A DNA stretch of 64,000 nt, from assembly GCF_003918875.1 (NCBI RefSeq), contig NW_025767431.1, positions 372,001 to 436,000 of the forward strand, given 5' to 3'. Each line of letters starts with the position of its first letter. Position 1 is the first letter of the stretch. Of the stretch, positions 51,201 to 63,189 are shown one piece after another. The position numbers and the translations under genes were made by a program. The notes beneath the pieces are model-generated. The model was not told the DNA's origin and made no database searches. It was given only the letters and a program-made list of their open reading frames with translations. This DNA is from Haliotis rubra. Its lineage: Eukaryota.

Positions 51201-54200
51201 GGACAGTGAAATAACTAGACTATCACAGATTCGAATTTAAGACTAGTAATTAGATCTTAAACAGTTTATGTAGATGACAATACAATATAAAAACAGGCTA
51301 TATATTGCCAACAACTGAAGGTAGATCACCATACTAGGGACCATGGGGACTTACAGTAGATATGCTTCCTGCATGGGCCCTAGCTGGATTTACATCACCC
51401 CTTCAGCTGTTAGCAATTGAGATAAAGCTAGCCATATATTAACATAACAGATATTCTACGATTAAAAAAGTGGAGTTTATATTTACTGGGAATGTTTTGG
51501 GACTTACGTTCCCTCTTAGGAGGACAATAATTTTACAGTACTTTAACCCAACTCGAGGATACAGCCACTAACAATCTGAGTTAGGAATTCAAACTTCCAA
51601 TCATAAAATTCTTACCTATTTACAAATCATTTGACAAATCTAATTCTATTTAAAAATGCAATAACTAGATGAGAACTGATATTATTAAATAGATCCTTCA
51701 TAGTTCGTGATTTAATATAGTTTTCCCTTGTGATGGAATATTCAACACAGTATATCAAAGGAATAATGATAGATGGCATTGAATACTTGCTTGTGCAATA
51801 TGCACATGACACTGGATTTATCTTAGATGGTTCAAAGAAATCTTTCGAAGCTGTAAATAATACGTTAGACATATATGCACAAATGTCAGGACTGAAGATC
51901 AGTTATGACATATCAAAAGTCATATGGACAGGAAGCTTTTGAAACAGACCATATTTAGACCAGATTTAAACCTGCGTTGGAACCCTGGGTACTTCAGCAT
52001 TCTTGGACTCAATTATGAAAGTAAAATCTATGAAATTGTGGAAATTAATAAAAGCTGGATGAAAAGAACTATAACGCCTTTTGGGGAAATTGCTATAATA
52101 AAGGCCTTGCTCATTTCCAAATTAAAGTTTCTCTTTCTCACTCTTCCCAACCCACCCACAGAGTTTCTTAAGAAATTGAATGGTATTTTGTTTAGTTTCC
52201 TTTGGGATAATATGCCTGACAAAATAGAGCGGTCAGTAGTTTGTAAGCCACTTGTTGAAGAAGAGCTTGGAATGATAAATATATTTGCATATGTTGATGC
52301 TTTGAAAATAACATGGATTAGAAAATTACCTTGTGCTGATTATGGAAGGAAGAAGGGAAAACTCTTCATTTAAGATTATCCACAGTATTAAACTTTGGCA
52401 ATGAATACATTTCATACAGACGATACTTTTGACTTGATACTACTACTAGTCAAATATTATGTTATAAATGTAAGCTGAGAAAGATAATTCCTATGTTGTC
52501 ATACTTCAAGAAGGAATTAAAGTATTAGTACTTTGAAGAAAAAGCCAGATGTTGGAATAAATCAAAGTTTAATGAATTCAAAAGTAGACGGGCAATGTAT
52601 GTAAAACTTAGATTAGTTCAATGTTATGGTAGAGAATACATGGGTATGAAGGAGAGAGCGAGTGATATATCTTTGCTTAATTATTTTAATATAAAAAATG
52701 GCCGAAGTGGACGACTTTATACATATGACATGGGTGGCCAAGACATGCCCTTGGACACCTCATTCATGGGTGACACCGTAAGCGATGAACTTTTAAAGAC
52801 GACTGTGAATGCTTATTACGAACACTTAAAGAAATACGAAAGTCACGCCGATCCTATAGGTCATGACTATACTAAGTTCCAAATTGATCAAAAAGGATAC
52901 TGCGACTGAAAGCTCATTCGGGTACCAATCTCATGAATTCCGGCACTAGAAACCCCCTTGCATTGTCCATGCTTGCCGGAAGCCATGGTGTTTACTTTGT
53001 CCACGATGAATTTGGTCTGGTAGACTATCGTTGAAAACTTCCGGGAAAACCACCAAAACAATGCAAACAGTGCAGACCGAGCTCGAGGTTGGAGGTGCCA
53101 GGATTGACCAAATCTGTGACCGGGTATAAAAACCTTGGAGTCAACTTGTGTGCGGACTCATTGTTGTCACAACCCCTAGTGTACAGTACACAACCCCGTG
53201 CACTTAGAAGAACCCACGAATCCACTGGTACATGAAAAAAAAAGCGGCCACATGAATACTTGCACACACCTAGTTGTGGGTATAGCAACGTGCAGTAAGA
53301 CAAAGTACTGTGACTACGTGTCCCAGTCCACCCAGCTGTGACTGGGTACCTCGTTCGGATGGGAAAGTCACATTAACTTGGTGTGCCTAGTGGCTGCAAC
53401 AGTTGGATGATTCCCAGGGGGTTGAGATTGTTTGCCGCTGAGATTGAGATCCAATGATTGAGGGTAAAAAAAAAAATACACTTTGAGCATGCATGTGGGA
53501 TGGACTATAGAGCTATTTACATAGCCATATAATAATGATAAGAAAGAAGAATAAATTCATCAAGCAAAATAAACTTTTTAGAAATTATGAAAAAAACACT
53601 TCTACAGGCAACTGAAAACAATCGGTGATGGAGAGCACGACAAGCGGCAGGTTCTGGAAACAGTTGTGGTCTGTAGCCGGCGACTGTAACCTTGAGGCAC
53701 CATGGGTCCGTGATTATGACCATGCAATGCATGAGAAAGTAACTAGGTCGTTTGTCTGTTACCTTTCACCAGACTGCCTGAAAAGTGTCATCAAAAAGTC
53801 CAACTCTAATACAGCTACAGGGCCTGATGGCATTCGAAACCGGTATTGGAAACTGTTCCCCTCTGTCAAAACACCATTACTCTACTGCTTCAATACTCTG
53901 GTGGACACAGGTGATGTTCCTCCATGGTTCTGCAAAGGTCGCACAATACTCCTTCCCCAAAAAGGAGACTTGACTGATCCTAAATACTTCCACCCTATCA
54001 CATGTTTGAATACTCAGTATAAAATCTTCACAGGGTCTCTGACAAACCTCGTGTCATCCTACTGTTCTCCCAATGATATAATTTATTGAGAGCAGAAGTG
54101 AGCGAGAAAGGGATGTTGGGGGTGCAAGGATCAACTTCTTGTACAAAAAATGATTTTGGAAGAGGCTAAAACATATCAGCACGACCTCTCCATGTGCTGG

Positions 54201-57200
54201 ATTGACAACAAAAAAGAAAGAGCCATACGGCTCTGTCCCTCATGAATGGATTCTGAAGTCTCTTCATTGTATCGACCACCCGGAGCGACTACTTGATTTA
54301 ACAAGTCTTTAATGAGTTGCTGGTCGACTCAACTTGAGATGTACTCGCAAGGGCAGGTGCTGACTTCGGAATCTATTTTAATCAGAAGGGGAATCAGGGC
54401 TCCAGATAAGGGCCGTATCGGCTTATGTACTGCTAAAATGTATGCACAATACGACAGGAAATAATTTAGGAAACGTGGCAGATACGCACCACAGCAATAG
54501 TGTAAGGTCTTAGAATCATTTACAGACGTATGTATCTACAAAAAGTATTTTCTTTATTGTATATTGACCTGTTTACACAAGACTAGCAATGTTGTTGTGC
54601 ATATATGAAACGAAACACACATTTACTGATACGCCATTAAAGTCCATTCAGTACTCTTAATGCTCTCTTAAGTTTTTCCAGTTCTCCTATATTTAAAAAA
54701 TTAGGAGTATGTACTCCTGATGTTGAAAAAGTATCTGGAGCCCAGGGGAATTTTCCAGGGGGACTCCTTCAGTCCTTCACTTATTTGTTTGTCTCTAAAT
54801 TCTTTGAGCTTCCTGCTCAACCGAGAGGAAGGTAACCATCCCGGACCTCCTCAGCACAGATCCCCAACATCGCTTACTCATTTCCTTTACATGGATGACA
54901 TCGAGCTCCTTGCCAAAGGAGATACCAATTTGAAAGAACAAGTTCTCCTTGTCGAGTCCTTTTCTAATGATATTGGCATGACATTTGGACTGGACAAATG
55001 TAATACTCTTCATTTGAAACGTGGCAAGGTGGTTCATGGTGGATCGGTCAAGTTACAGGGGGGAGGAGTTATTGAACATCTTGTGGAAGATCAGGCCTAC
55101 ACCTATCTTGGAATGCAAGTTCGATACAAGCTCCAGAGTGCCCAAATTCAAGAAAAACTTCGGGCCGAGTACATATCTCGCTTGAAGAAAATCTGGAGCT
55201 CAGGCGCCAGTTCTCTAAGTACTTTCTGTCTTTTGCTTGTTTGGGAATGCAGGAGATAACTCCCCTATTCATCGTCAAAGTTAGGTGATCATTTACAAAA
55301 GATTACTTTATATTTCGAAGAATCCACTGTCCCAGGTCTAGACTCTGGTTGTTTTTCATTGATTCGATTTGCTCTAAGGATTTCATTCTTGTCGATTGGG
55401 GTGTCTAATTCATTTTGCAATTTTTCCATCACGAGGGACAGTTAAGGATCTTTTTCATATAATGTCAATTATCGTTTAATAATCGAATTTTTAAAAGAAA
55501 TAGAATTATTAGATACATTTTGATTAATATTTTTTGTAAATGGTAAATGTAAATGGTATTTTATACATAGCAGTATACATTAGCAACTGCAATTGTTAGC
55601 GGCTATATCCTTTTTAGGCTGTGAAACAATCGTAAAATAATTGTCCTACCGAGAGGGCACGTAAATCCCAAAACTTTCAAAGTTAAATATAAGCATACCA
55701 GATTTTTAAACGTAATATTTTGGTCTTTTAAAGTTGGGCTATTTTTTTCCTACAATCGCCAGTGGCTGAAGGGATGGTGTAAATCCAACTACAGTCCATG
55801 CATGTAGCAAAGGTACCGTAAGTCTCCTTTGTCTCTAGTATGGTGATCTAATTTCAGTTGTTTGGTGATCTATAGCCTGTTTTTAAATTGTATCGACCTC
55901 TATTGTTAAACTTTAGTTTTAGATTTATTTACTAGTTTTAAATATATACCTGTGATATTCTAGTTGTTTTACTGTCCTTCGCTGACAGATGTTTATAATA
56001 TAGTTTTAATCATTATAAATCTATAGCTTGTTTTAGTCACGATATGGCTGAAGTATTGATATATCACTCACTCATTTTGCAAAGTATTTGGAAGGGTTTG
56101 GGGTATTTAGTTCTGAAAGAGACCAAGTAGTTTTCGTCATGCATACAGTCCTGCTCAGGGTCGGAATACAGATTTTGAGATAAAAAAGAAATCAAGTCTG
56201 GCTTGCTGCTTTGGAATGTTTTTCCACCTGGTATATTGCCTTGTATCAATATTGAGGTCACGCCAGGTATCCACCAGATTTAATTGATCTAACTTCTCTA
56301 TGATTATTTCCTTAGCATTAGGATTATTTACATGTTTATAGTTCTCTAAACCGGTAGTTGGATGCATAACTATAAGGTCCAGTCAGCACACAACACCATT
56401 GATTTATATTATCAAATTCATCAATTTCTTCTAAAAGGGTATTGTAGAATGCTTATTTGGTCCATAGACATTAGTTAAAGTCAACTTTATGCCGTCCACA
56501 CTTGTGTCTACAGACGACATTTTAATCTTCGATGGGAGCTTATCTGATCACAAATAACGCCATGAGGGGTACCTGTAACAGAACTGTCATTCCCTATACT
56601 ACTCAACCCGTACAGATTTCGTATGTCCCAGCTAATCATTTGATCGTTTGAAAACATCTGCTCTTTGTAGCATATTTCAATCTTTTAAATGTGTGTTTTG
56701 CATTTCATCTTTAACAAATACTTTTACAATATACGTTTAATTATCTCATGCACTTTTAATGCCCTTTGTGATAAGCAATATATTGTTAGTTTCTGTGAAT
56801 ATCTTATGTCATTTCGTGTTACATCGTCTCTCAAAAGCCAGTTTTTTTGGATGGCTCGCTCTACGTTTATATGTAAATTCTATGTTTGTACTTTTGGCTT
56901 AAGAGCAGAGACGTGAATAAAAATATATGTCTGTCTGTCCGTCTGTCTGTCTGTCGAGAATATGACACTGCGTGTTAAATCTCGCATGTATTGTTTAAGT
57001 AAGATTCAGTAATCCGATATTTATTGATGATTACCTCTGTGCGTTCAATTCTTCTTACACGTATATTTAACAGAGGCTCAAACGAGAAATGGGGTTAATA
57101 CAGGACGATGTACAATTTTGTTTACATATGCAATGCTAACCGCATTGTAAAACTGGGATTCTTGTACGAAGATATTAAATATGTCATGTGTAACAGTCTC

Positions 57201-60200
57201 TTTGTTGTTGTTTTGGTTACAGGTATGTCCTTATTCCAATACACGTCAGAACATGTGGCCACCATATGTAGTAACGAGGTTAAGTTTATTCATCAAATTC
57301 GTACTGACCATATATCTGTGTACTTGCGTATTTTTCACCAAAAGTCTGCCTGAAAGCGAAACTATATCTCGACAAAATTAAAAACTTGTTCTTCCTGTTA
57401 TAGTTTATGTTAAATCTCAAAAGACTCAATATTTACCATTTCCCATTTTGTAGCGTCGGGACAAAAAGGAGACAACCCAACACTACCTGCAGGAAGTTAT
57501 ACATTTCCTTTCCGATACCAGCTGCCATATTCTCTACCTCCCTCGTTTGAGGGTTCGGTCGGAAGAATAAGATACTGGATTACAGGTACCATTGACAAGC
57601 CATGGAAGTTTGACGACAGAACGAAAAAGGTGTTTACAGTTGCCGGTCAACTCGACCTCAACCAGCGCCCCGAAGCAATGGTAGGTGATAGATAGTGCGC
57701 AAAATTATTCCATATAATTGTTAACCATGTAAGGATATTTCAGGGTTGTGTGAGGCTTGAATGTTGCGAAAACGAAGATATGTTCATGTGTTTGCAGAGA
57801 ATAGCTGCAAATTGTTTTAAACCATTTAACAAATAGAATTGCAGGCAATAGTTGCTTATGTATGATTGCAGAAAGTGTTGCGAGGTGAAGACGAAATTTA
57901 CATATGTTGCCTGTGCTGCGAATCTGGGCCAATCAGCTGTAACTTTGAACTTGACCGAAGTGGCTACGTTCCTGGGGAATCTATTCCTATCAAAGCCAAG
58001 ATCACCAACCACAGTAACAGGACGATTCGGGGATCAAGCGCAGTATTATACTCGGTATGTAAGAATAGTGTGACATATAAGAATAGCTCATATCTTGACG
58101 TGTTTACTTTGAAAGTCAATTTACTCTTCAACTCAACAGTTCTTCTTGCTTCTGGTAGCTTAGGCAATAACAAACATCACTCTGGTATCAACATTGTGGG
58201 AGTGATAAATAGAATCTCACCCTCGTGTCTACTGATATCAATTATATCAACAATCGTTGATAAAGAAAATGAAAAATGTACATCTCTCAACACTGTACTA
58301 CCATTAGGCTTGTAGTGCAGCAATGTCATAGCATTGTGACGTCATCAAGTTGATGACGTCATAGCATTGTTAGGGTATTGTACAAAATCTACTGTCAAAA
58401 CACTGTCGTTTATTTTAAATTAGATACTAATGTCATTTCAGTGTAAGGTATCATATTGTACAGTTATTATGAACCCGTATATAAAGTAGATTAAAACGTG
58501 GGATGATGTACGTGTACATTTTGGCTCATTATAGATCGAGACCCTGTATTTATTGATGCCATTTTCTCAAGGCTTAGAGACTATGCTCTGTGTTCTAGAT
58601 GGTCACCTATTATGCAACGACAAAGTCAAAAACAGAGGAAAACATAATAGGGAAACTATCCCACAGAAGAATTCTTCCTGGAGACTCAGATACATGGAAT
58701 GGAGACCTTCTACCGATTCCACCATTGCCTCCATCTGACCAAAGGGGATGTCGAATCATTGGAATTGAGTATTATGTGAAGGTAAAAATAAGTCAGATTT
58801 GTGAAGCTAAAAATAAATCAGATTTATACGACAGTTATAATTGTCAGTTATAGGAAATAACAGTTTTTAGGCTCCAAATTGCTAATAAACGTGCAGTGTA
58901 CGGCATACTGTTTACCCGTCGCTGTGCGGGAAACATATTAACGTGTATATCTTGGATCTGTGGACTATTATATTACATCGTGTCTCGGGAAATACGGGGT
59001 TTTATCAGTCCCGAGTAAGGTTGTATACTTACTTTGCCGAGTAACCTTCCGAAGGACTGATAAAATCCCGTATTTCCCGACACACGATGTGATAACGCAT
59101 TTATCTGGCCGAATGTTTTTACTAAATCAAAAGAAAACAATACGCATCGAATCGACTTGTTTTTATTTATGTGATCGATTGACCTCAATGCAGCGCACGT
59201 TACTAAAGGCTTGGCGATGCACGCTATTCTCACTTCGCGTGGTCACCGAGGCGTGGCGGGATAATATGACTTTTGTACTCCCTGCTCGCGGATCGTGACG
59301 GGTGAACATGGTATTTTAGCAGAGTCATGTGAACCAATCAAAACTCGACATTCTTACATGAGGCTGGATACTGTTTGTTATGTTGCAGTTCTCTGTAGTT
59401 CCCACTGGACCTGCAAGCCAGTTAGATATACGGCTGAAAATAATCATTGGAACCATTCCTCTCTTGCCTGGGATCGGAGAGCCTATTCCTCCAAGTTACG
59501 GTCCAGGGCAGTGGCAGCTTCATCAGGGGAGAGTACAGGCTTTTGCTCCACCAACAACATCACAGCGTGAGTCTTCTTACTGTGTTACTTCCTCAAATCT
59601 ACACACTAAACGCCGTATATCGAAGACGAATTGTGCCGTTTGTCGCTGTTAAAACCCTACTATGTATTTAACCAACCTTAAACTGAAAGATCGAACTCAA
59701 TATCAGAAATTCTCTAAAACAACATTTACCCTTTCTTCGCTTCGAAGAATTGTTCAAGGTTTAACAGTATCTTAGCCCACTTAGGAAGCACTTTATCCAG
59801 AGTCGGCTAACAGTAAGAAGATTACGGGCATCCCAACATTTTCAGTCATCCCTCTTTGCCATATATTTTGTTCATTCTGATACATCGGTAGTTGACCTGT
59901 GAAGACCCGAGTTAAATTGATCTTCAGCCACCCACGCTGGTCATAAGAGGCGAGTAAGGGGATCAGGTGGTCATGCTCGCTGACTTGGTACACTCATGAC
60001 ATCGCATCCAAATTGCAGAGATCGATGCTCATGCTATTGATGATTGGGGATTGTCTGCTCCAGACTAATTTTTTTTACAGGTGCGGCGTTAAACAACAAC
60101 CAATTAGCTAACCAAGATATAAGTCATACATCATATTTCCAAAATTGGACCCCTCTTCTCATTCGTTGTATTATCAAAAGATCCATGCCAGTTACAAGTT

Positions 60201-60506
60201 TCCTACGTAAAACGTGTTCTTTCTAAGTGTAATTCATCGCGTGGCTTTGCGTTTTTCCTAGCCAGAAAAGTAACTATTGAATGCTTTTTCGTTTCAGCAA
60301 CACCAACGTATGCCGAGAGTACGTTTGGTAAGGTGAACATAAGAGATGTGGACGACACTGAGTATACCAAAGGAGACACGGACTATGCTCCAATGTATGC
60401 TTACTACAACGAGGGATCAAGAGCTGAGCCTTCAGCTCCTCCACAGTACTTAGATGCATCCACATCTCCAGTAACAACACTGAAGCCTCCAGTCACTCAC
60501 CAATAG
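45217..60506 (+). CDS. Alpha-arrestin / arrestin domain-containing protein (ARRDC-like), copy 2, 417 aa, with PPSY and PSAPPQY
   Basis: Seven GT-AG exons: 45217-45334, 47637-47792, 57454-57680, 57872-58054, 58599-58781, 59389-59566, 60298-60506 (1254 nt, open frame); starts aaccATGG-MGKLKLF. Confidence 0.92.
46213..46360 (-). mobile_element. SINE family 1
   Basis: Homology to the family consensus. Confidence 0.8.
47044..47178. other. Assembly gap
   Basis: N run. Confidence 0.99.
48912..49967 (-). mobile_element. Internally deleted Tc1/mariner element
   Basis: TIRs tatactcacacgcaaaagtaacgcaagt / acttgcatttcttatgcgtgttagtata, TA flanks; from ATG 49303: MPRLTQTERNKAIRRSEAGVSVQNGARHFDVNITTIYRL...RPRVTTPRQDRHI (frameshifted). 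Confidence 0.85.
49350..49710 (+). mobile_element. SINE with a 5S rRNA-derived segment and Deu-like domain, nested in Tc1
   Basis: gaagttaagcaacgtcgagctcggacagtcctttgatgg (49400-49438) resembles the 5S internal control region; ctctgttcacccagcagaaaatgggtaccc downstream. Confidence 0.6.
50150..52560 (+). mobile_element. L1/Tx1-clade LINE ORF2 remnant
   Basis: GMLVRSKAKWIDE, KYFCNLE, VDFEKAFDS, QYAHDT, ALLISKLKFL..LPNP, FSFLWDNMPDKI; many stops and frameshifts; interrupted by a family-3 element. Confidence 0.85.
53075..53520 (+). mobile_element. Deu/Nin-domain SINE, same family as 30825-31350
   Basis: gagtcaacttgtgtgcggactc...cccagtccacccagctgtgactgggtacc. Confidence 0.7.
53560..55200 (+). mobile_element. 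R2/NeSL/R4-group non-LTR retrotransposon RT remnant
   Basis: ATGPDGIRNRYWK, PITCLNTQYKIFT, RRGIFQGDSFSP, HFLYMDDI, DIGMTFGLDKC, YTYLG. Confidence 0.85.
54395..54744. mobile_element. MITE (CAGGG termini, 7-8 bp TSD) inserted in an RT motif
   Basis: TIR cagggctccagata / tatctggagccca; TSD (a)ggggaat; removing it restores IRRGIFQGDS. Confidence 0.85.
55200..56510 (-). mobile_element. L1/Tx1-clade LINE remnant (endonuclease and RT start), opposite orientation
   Basis: LTNVYGPN, LVDTWRDLN..RQYT..QQARLDFFFIS, GVISCIPK..KDRKYLENWR. Confidence 0.8.
58968..59369. mobile_element. Hairpin-bearing non-autonomous DNA element in intron 5 of copy 2
   Basis: catcgtgtctcgggaaatacggg..ttttatcagtcc / ggactgataaaatcccgtatttcccgacacacgatg; absent in copy 1. 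Confidence 0.65.
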
Positions 60507-62089
60507 ATGCATCTTTATTGCTAGTATGTATAGCAACATGCAGAGCTTAACCTTCTCCACAGATGCATCTTTACCAAAGTGTTGTAACAAATACATCAGT
60601 CCATATCCGGTTACTTCTCAGTATTTGCGTCTTTATGCATAACCAGTATCTGTAACAATGCACGCAGCTTAGACTGCATCTTGCACAGGAAAGTCACTCA
60701 AAACGTACCTGTTTAGAAAATATCAAACGAAAGAGATATCTGAAACATATAGAAAGTTTCGTAATATAAAATGATATGATATCTCCAAATGGGTTTGTTC
60801 AACAATCTTCAACATTCTGATGATGTTCTTAATAGCGTCCTTTTTAAAAATCACAAGATGTTTACACAAGAAAGCAATTTTTACACGAACAGAAAAGGCT
60901 GGAGGGGGGGGGGGTGTTATTGGGCAGAAGCCAGTGATATGACTGACAGGATATTAATTGGTTAAATTTTGCTTGGTGATGGGTTGGTTGTAGACAGTGG
61001 GCATGTTTTATCCTTGGTATCTGTTCATAGCCGCTTGAAGTCTCTTGATGTGAATGGCTTCAATGACTCCAACCGGCCTTGAACGGACTTGTTCATCACA
61101 CCAACTTCTAAATTCCACTCAGAAAAGTTAATTGTGGTTAAAATAAGTATGTGTCGAATGTATGAATTTTACTATTTTCACATGCTATGGGGATTGTGAG
61201 GTTTTCATAAAGTGTAGCAGCCAAAGAATAATTCCTATCACATTCTGCTGTAAACATGCTCTTCCAAGCATGGGACAGCGCAATGTGTAAGAGTTCAATG
61301 CATATAATGTATACAACCTTTAAACTTTACTAGAACCTTAACAATGTTTATATTTTAACATGGATAAAAAATGGATCGAAATATTCGTGTAGTGAATGAG
61401 TGAACGAAATATTCTTGTAGTGAGTGAGTGAATTAAGATTTGAAGTCACATCGGCAATATTTCAGCCGTATCGTGACTAAAACTACTTCTAAATACTTAA
61501 TACATACATATAATATATAAACCTCTGTCAACGAAGGACAGTAAAATTACTAGATTATCACAAAATGAGTTAAAAGTAGGTAGCATATATCTTTATAAGA
61601 AGAAATCTATTTTTGGACAATGCTATGTAAAAATGGGCTTTTGATCGCCAAGAACTGAAGGTAGACCACAATACTTGAGACCAGGGAGGAAATAATCTTG
61701 TAAAGCTAAGAGCAGAATAGCTTAGACTGAAAATTTGAAAAACGAAAATGGCTTAGTTTTGATTTGTACTAGCGGGCGTGTCCGACATGAAATTTCGGTA
61801 TACAAGACGAATACCATTTTGTGCTAATTTATTCGTTTAGTGATGTTGGATCATGTTCACAACTAACATCACTTAGATAAGAATATGACAGGATGCACAC
61901 ACATCCGCACATCCGCACGCACACACACATACACACATGTAAGTGACCGACCGACCGAACTGACTGACTGACTGACTGACTCACTCACTCACAATCTAGA
62001 GTGTCTCTATGGTGGAAATAGTGCTAGACTTACTCACTCACTATTATAGAGCGGCTTAACGGTGGAAATAGTGCCTCACTCTCTCACTA

Positions 62090-62397
62090 TCTAGATTCCA
62101 ACTAGGGTCCAAAGGTACTCTTAGTCCCCATGGTCCCTAGTATGGTGATCTACCTTCAGTTGTTGGCGATCTATAGCCTGTTTTTATCTTGTATTGTCCT
62201 AATAGTGCTATTAGTTTGAACCTTCCACACTAGTTTTAAATCTAATTGTGATATTCTTGTTGTTTTACTGTCCTTCGATGACAGGTTCTATAATATACAC
62301 ATATTCTATTTCAATGTAAAATGTTCTCGTCACGATACGGCTGAAATATTGCCGATGTGACGTTAAATATAAATATAAACTCACTCACTCACTCACT
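62090..62397 (+). mobile_element. Retroposon family 3
   Basis: tggtgatctaccttcagttgttggcgatctatagcc...gccgatgtgacgttaaa..(actc)n. Confidence 0.75.
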
Positions 62398-62439
62398 ATC
62401 TAGAGTGTATATATGGTGGTAATAATGACTGACTCATTC

Positions 62440-62580
62440 ACTTCTTTGATTGGCATTCTAGAAGTTGGGTAGATGAAGAATGAGGTCGTTGCTTGACAAT
62501 GACATTAGAATCTATATCGAAACGTCGAATATACAGAATAAAGAAGTTTGTATATCAACAAAAATAGTCCTCATTCTTCA
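62440..62580. mobile_element. Penelope pLTR-derived palindromic fragment
   Basis: Same sequence family as 4790-4925 and 32717-32888. Confidence 0.6.
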
Positions 62581-63189
62581 CTCATTTACTATCTACAGTT
62601 GGCTACATTGCAGAAATAGTGCCGATGCGACGTTAAGGGCAGAATTTGTGTGTGTGTGTTTCTCAAAAACAACTTTTTTTATTCCAACACCGCCTACTCA
62701 AACCTAAAACGTACCAACTCGTCATATAAAATGTTACCACCAAAAAGAATCAGAGTTATGACCCTTGACAACAGCCCGACCACGATGTCTGCTACTCGCA
62801 AAGCAGACGAAACGAAACCAAACATCTGGTCTATTTTGAAGTATCACCTTCATATCCCTTTTAAAGTGTGAATAGTGTCATCTTAATTTGATAACCTCTT
62901 AAAATTTATGAACTCTATAAACATAATCATGGACGATTGGCCTTGACACAAATGGGTTACTTAGAAACAAAATAATGGATGTCGGACAACTGGTAGTTTA
63001 GGCTGCGGACTTTGTGTACCCCTCTGATAAGTCTTATTTGGCACGGCTCCCACAGCCGAAAGCTATGAAATACACAATGCCATTTTGGAAAGTGGTCAAA
63101 TGTAACGTATGTTATATTTGGGATTATACTTTCTTAGTAAAGTACAGATTCTAGTAATTTTGGGGTTGATGGATGGGACATTGTGTATT

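Larger units (their letters stand above)
48783..56604. mobile_element. ~7.8-kb segment bounded by ~95-bp inverted repeats and filled with nested TEs
   Basis: 48783-48878 (gagtagtatagg..gacagttctgttacaggtacc..cagataagctcccatcga) is the reverse complement of 56513-56604. Confidence 0.65.
42694..61788 (+). repeat. Tandem segmental duplication, unit 2
   Basis: Collinear with 24618-42031. Confidence 0.85.

Noticed and set aside
50150-56510. Intact autonomous retrotransposon
   Set aside because: Fragments of different clades and orientations, with many stops and frameshifts
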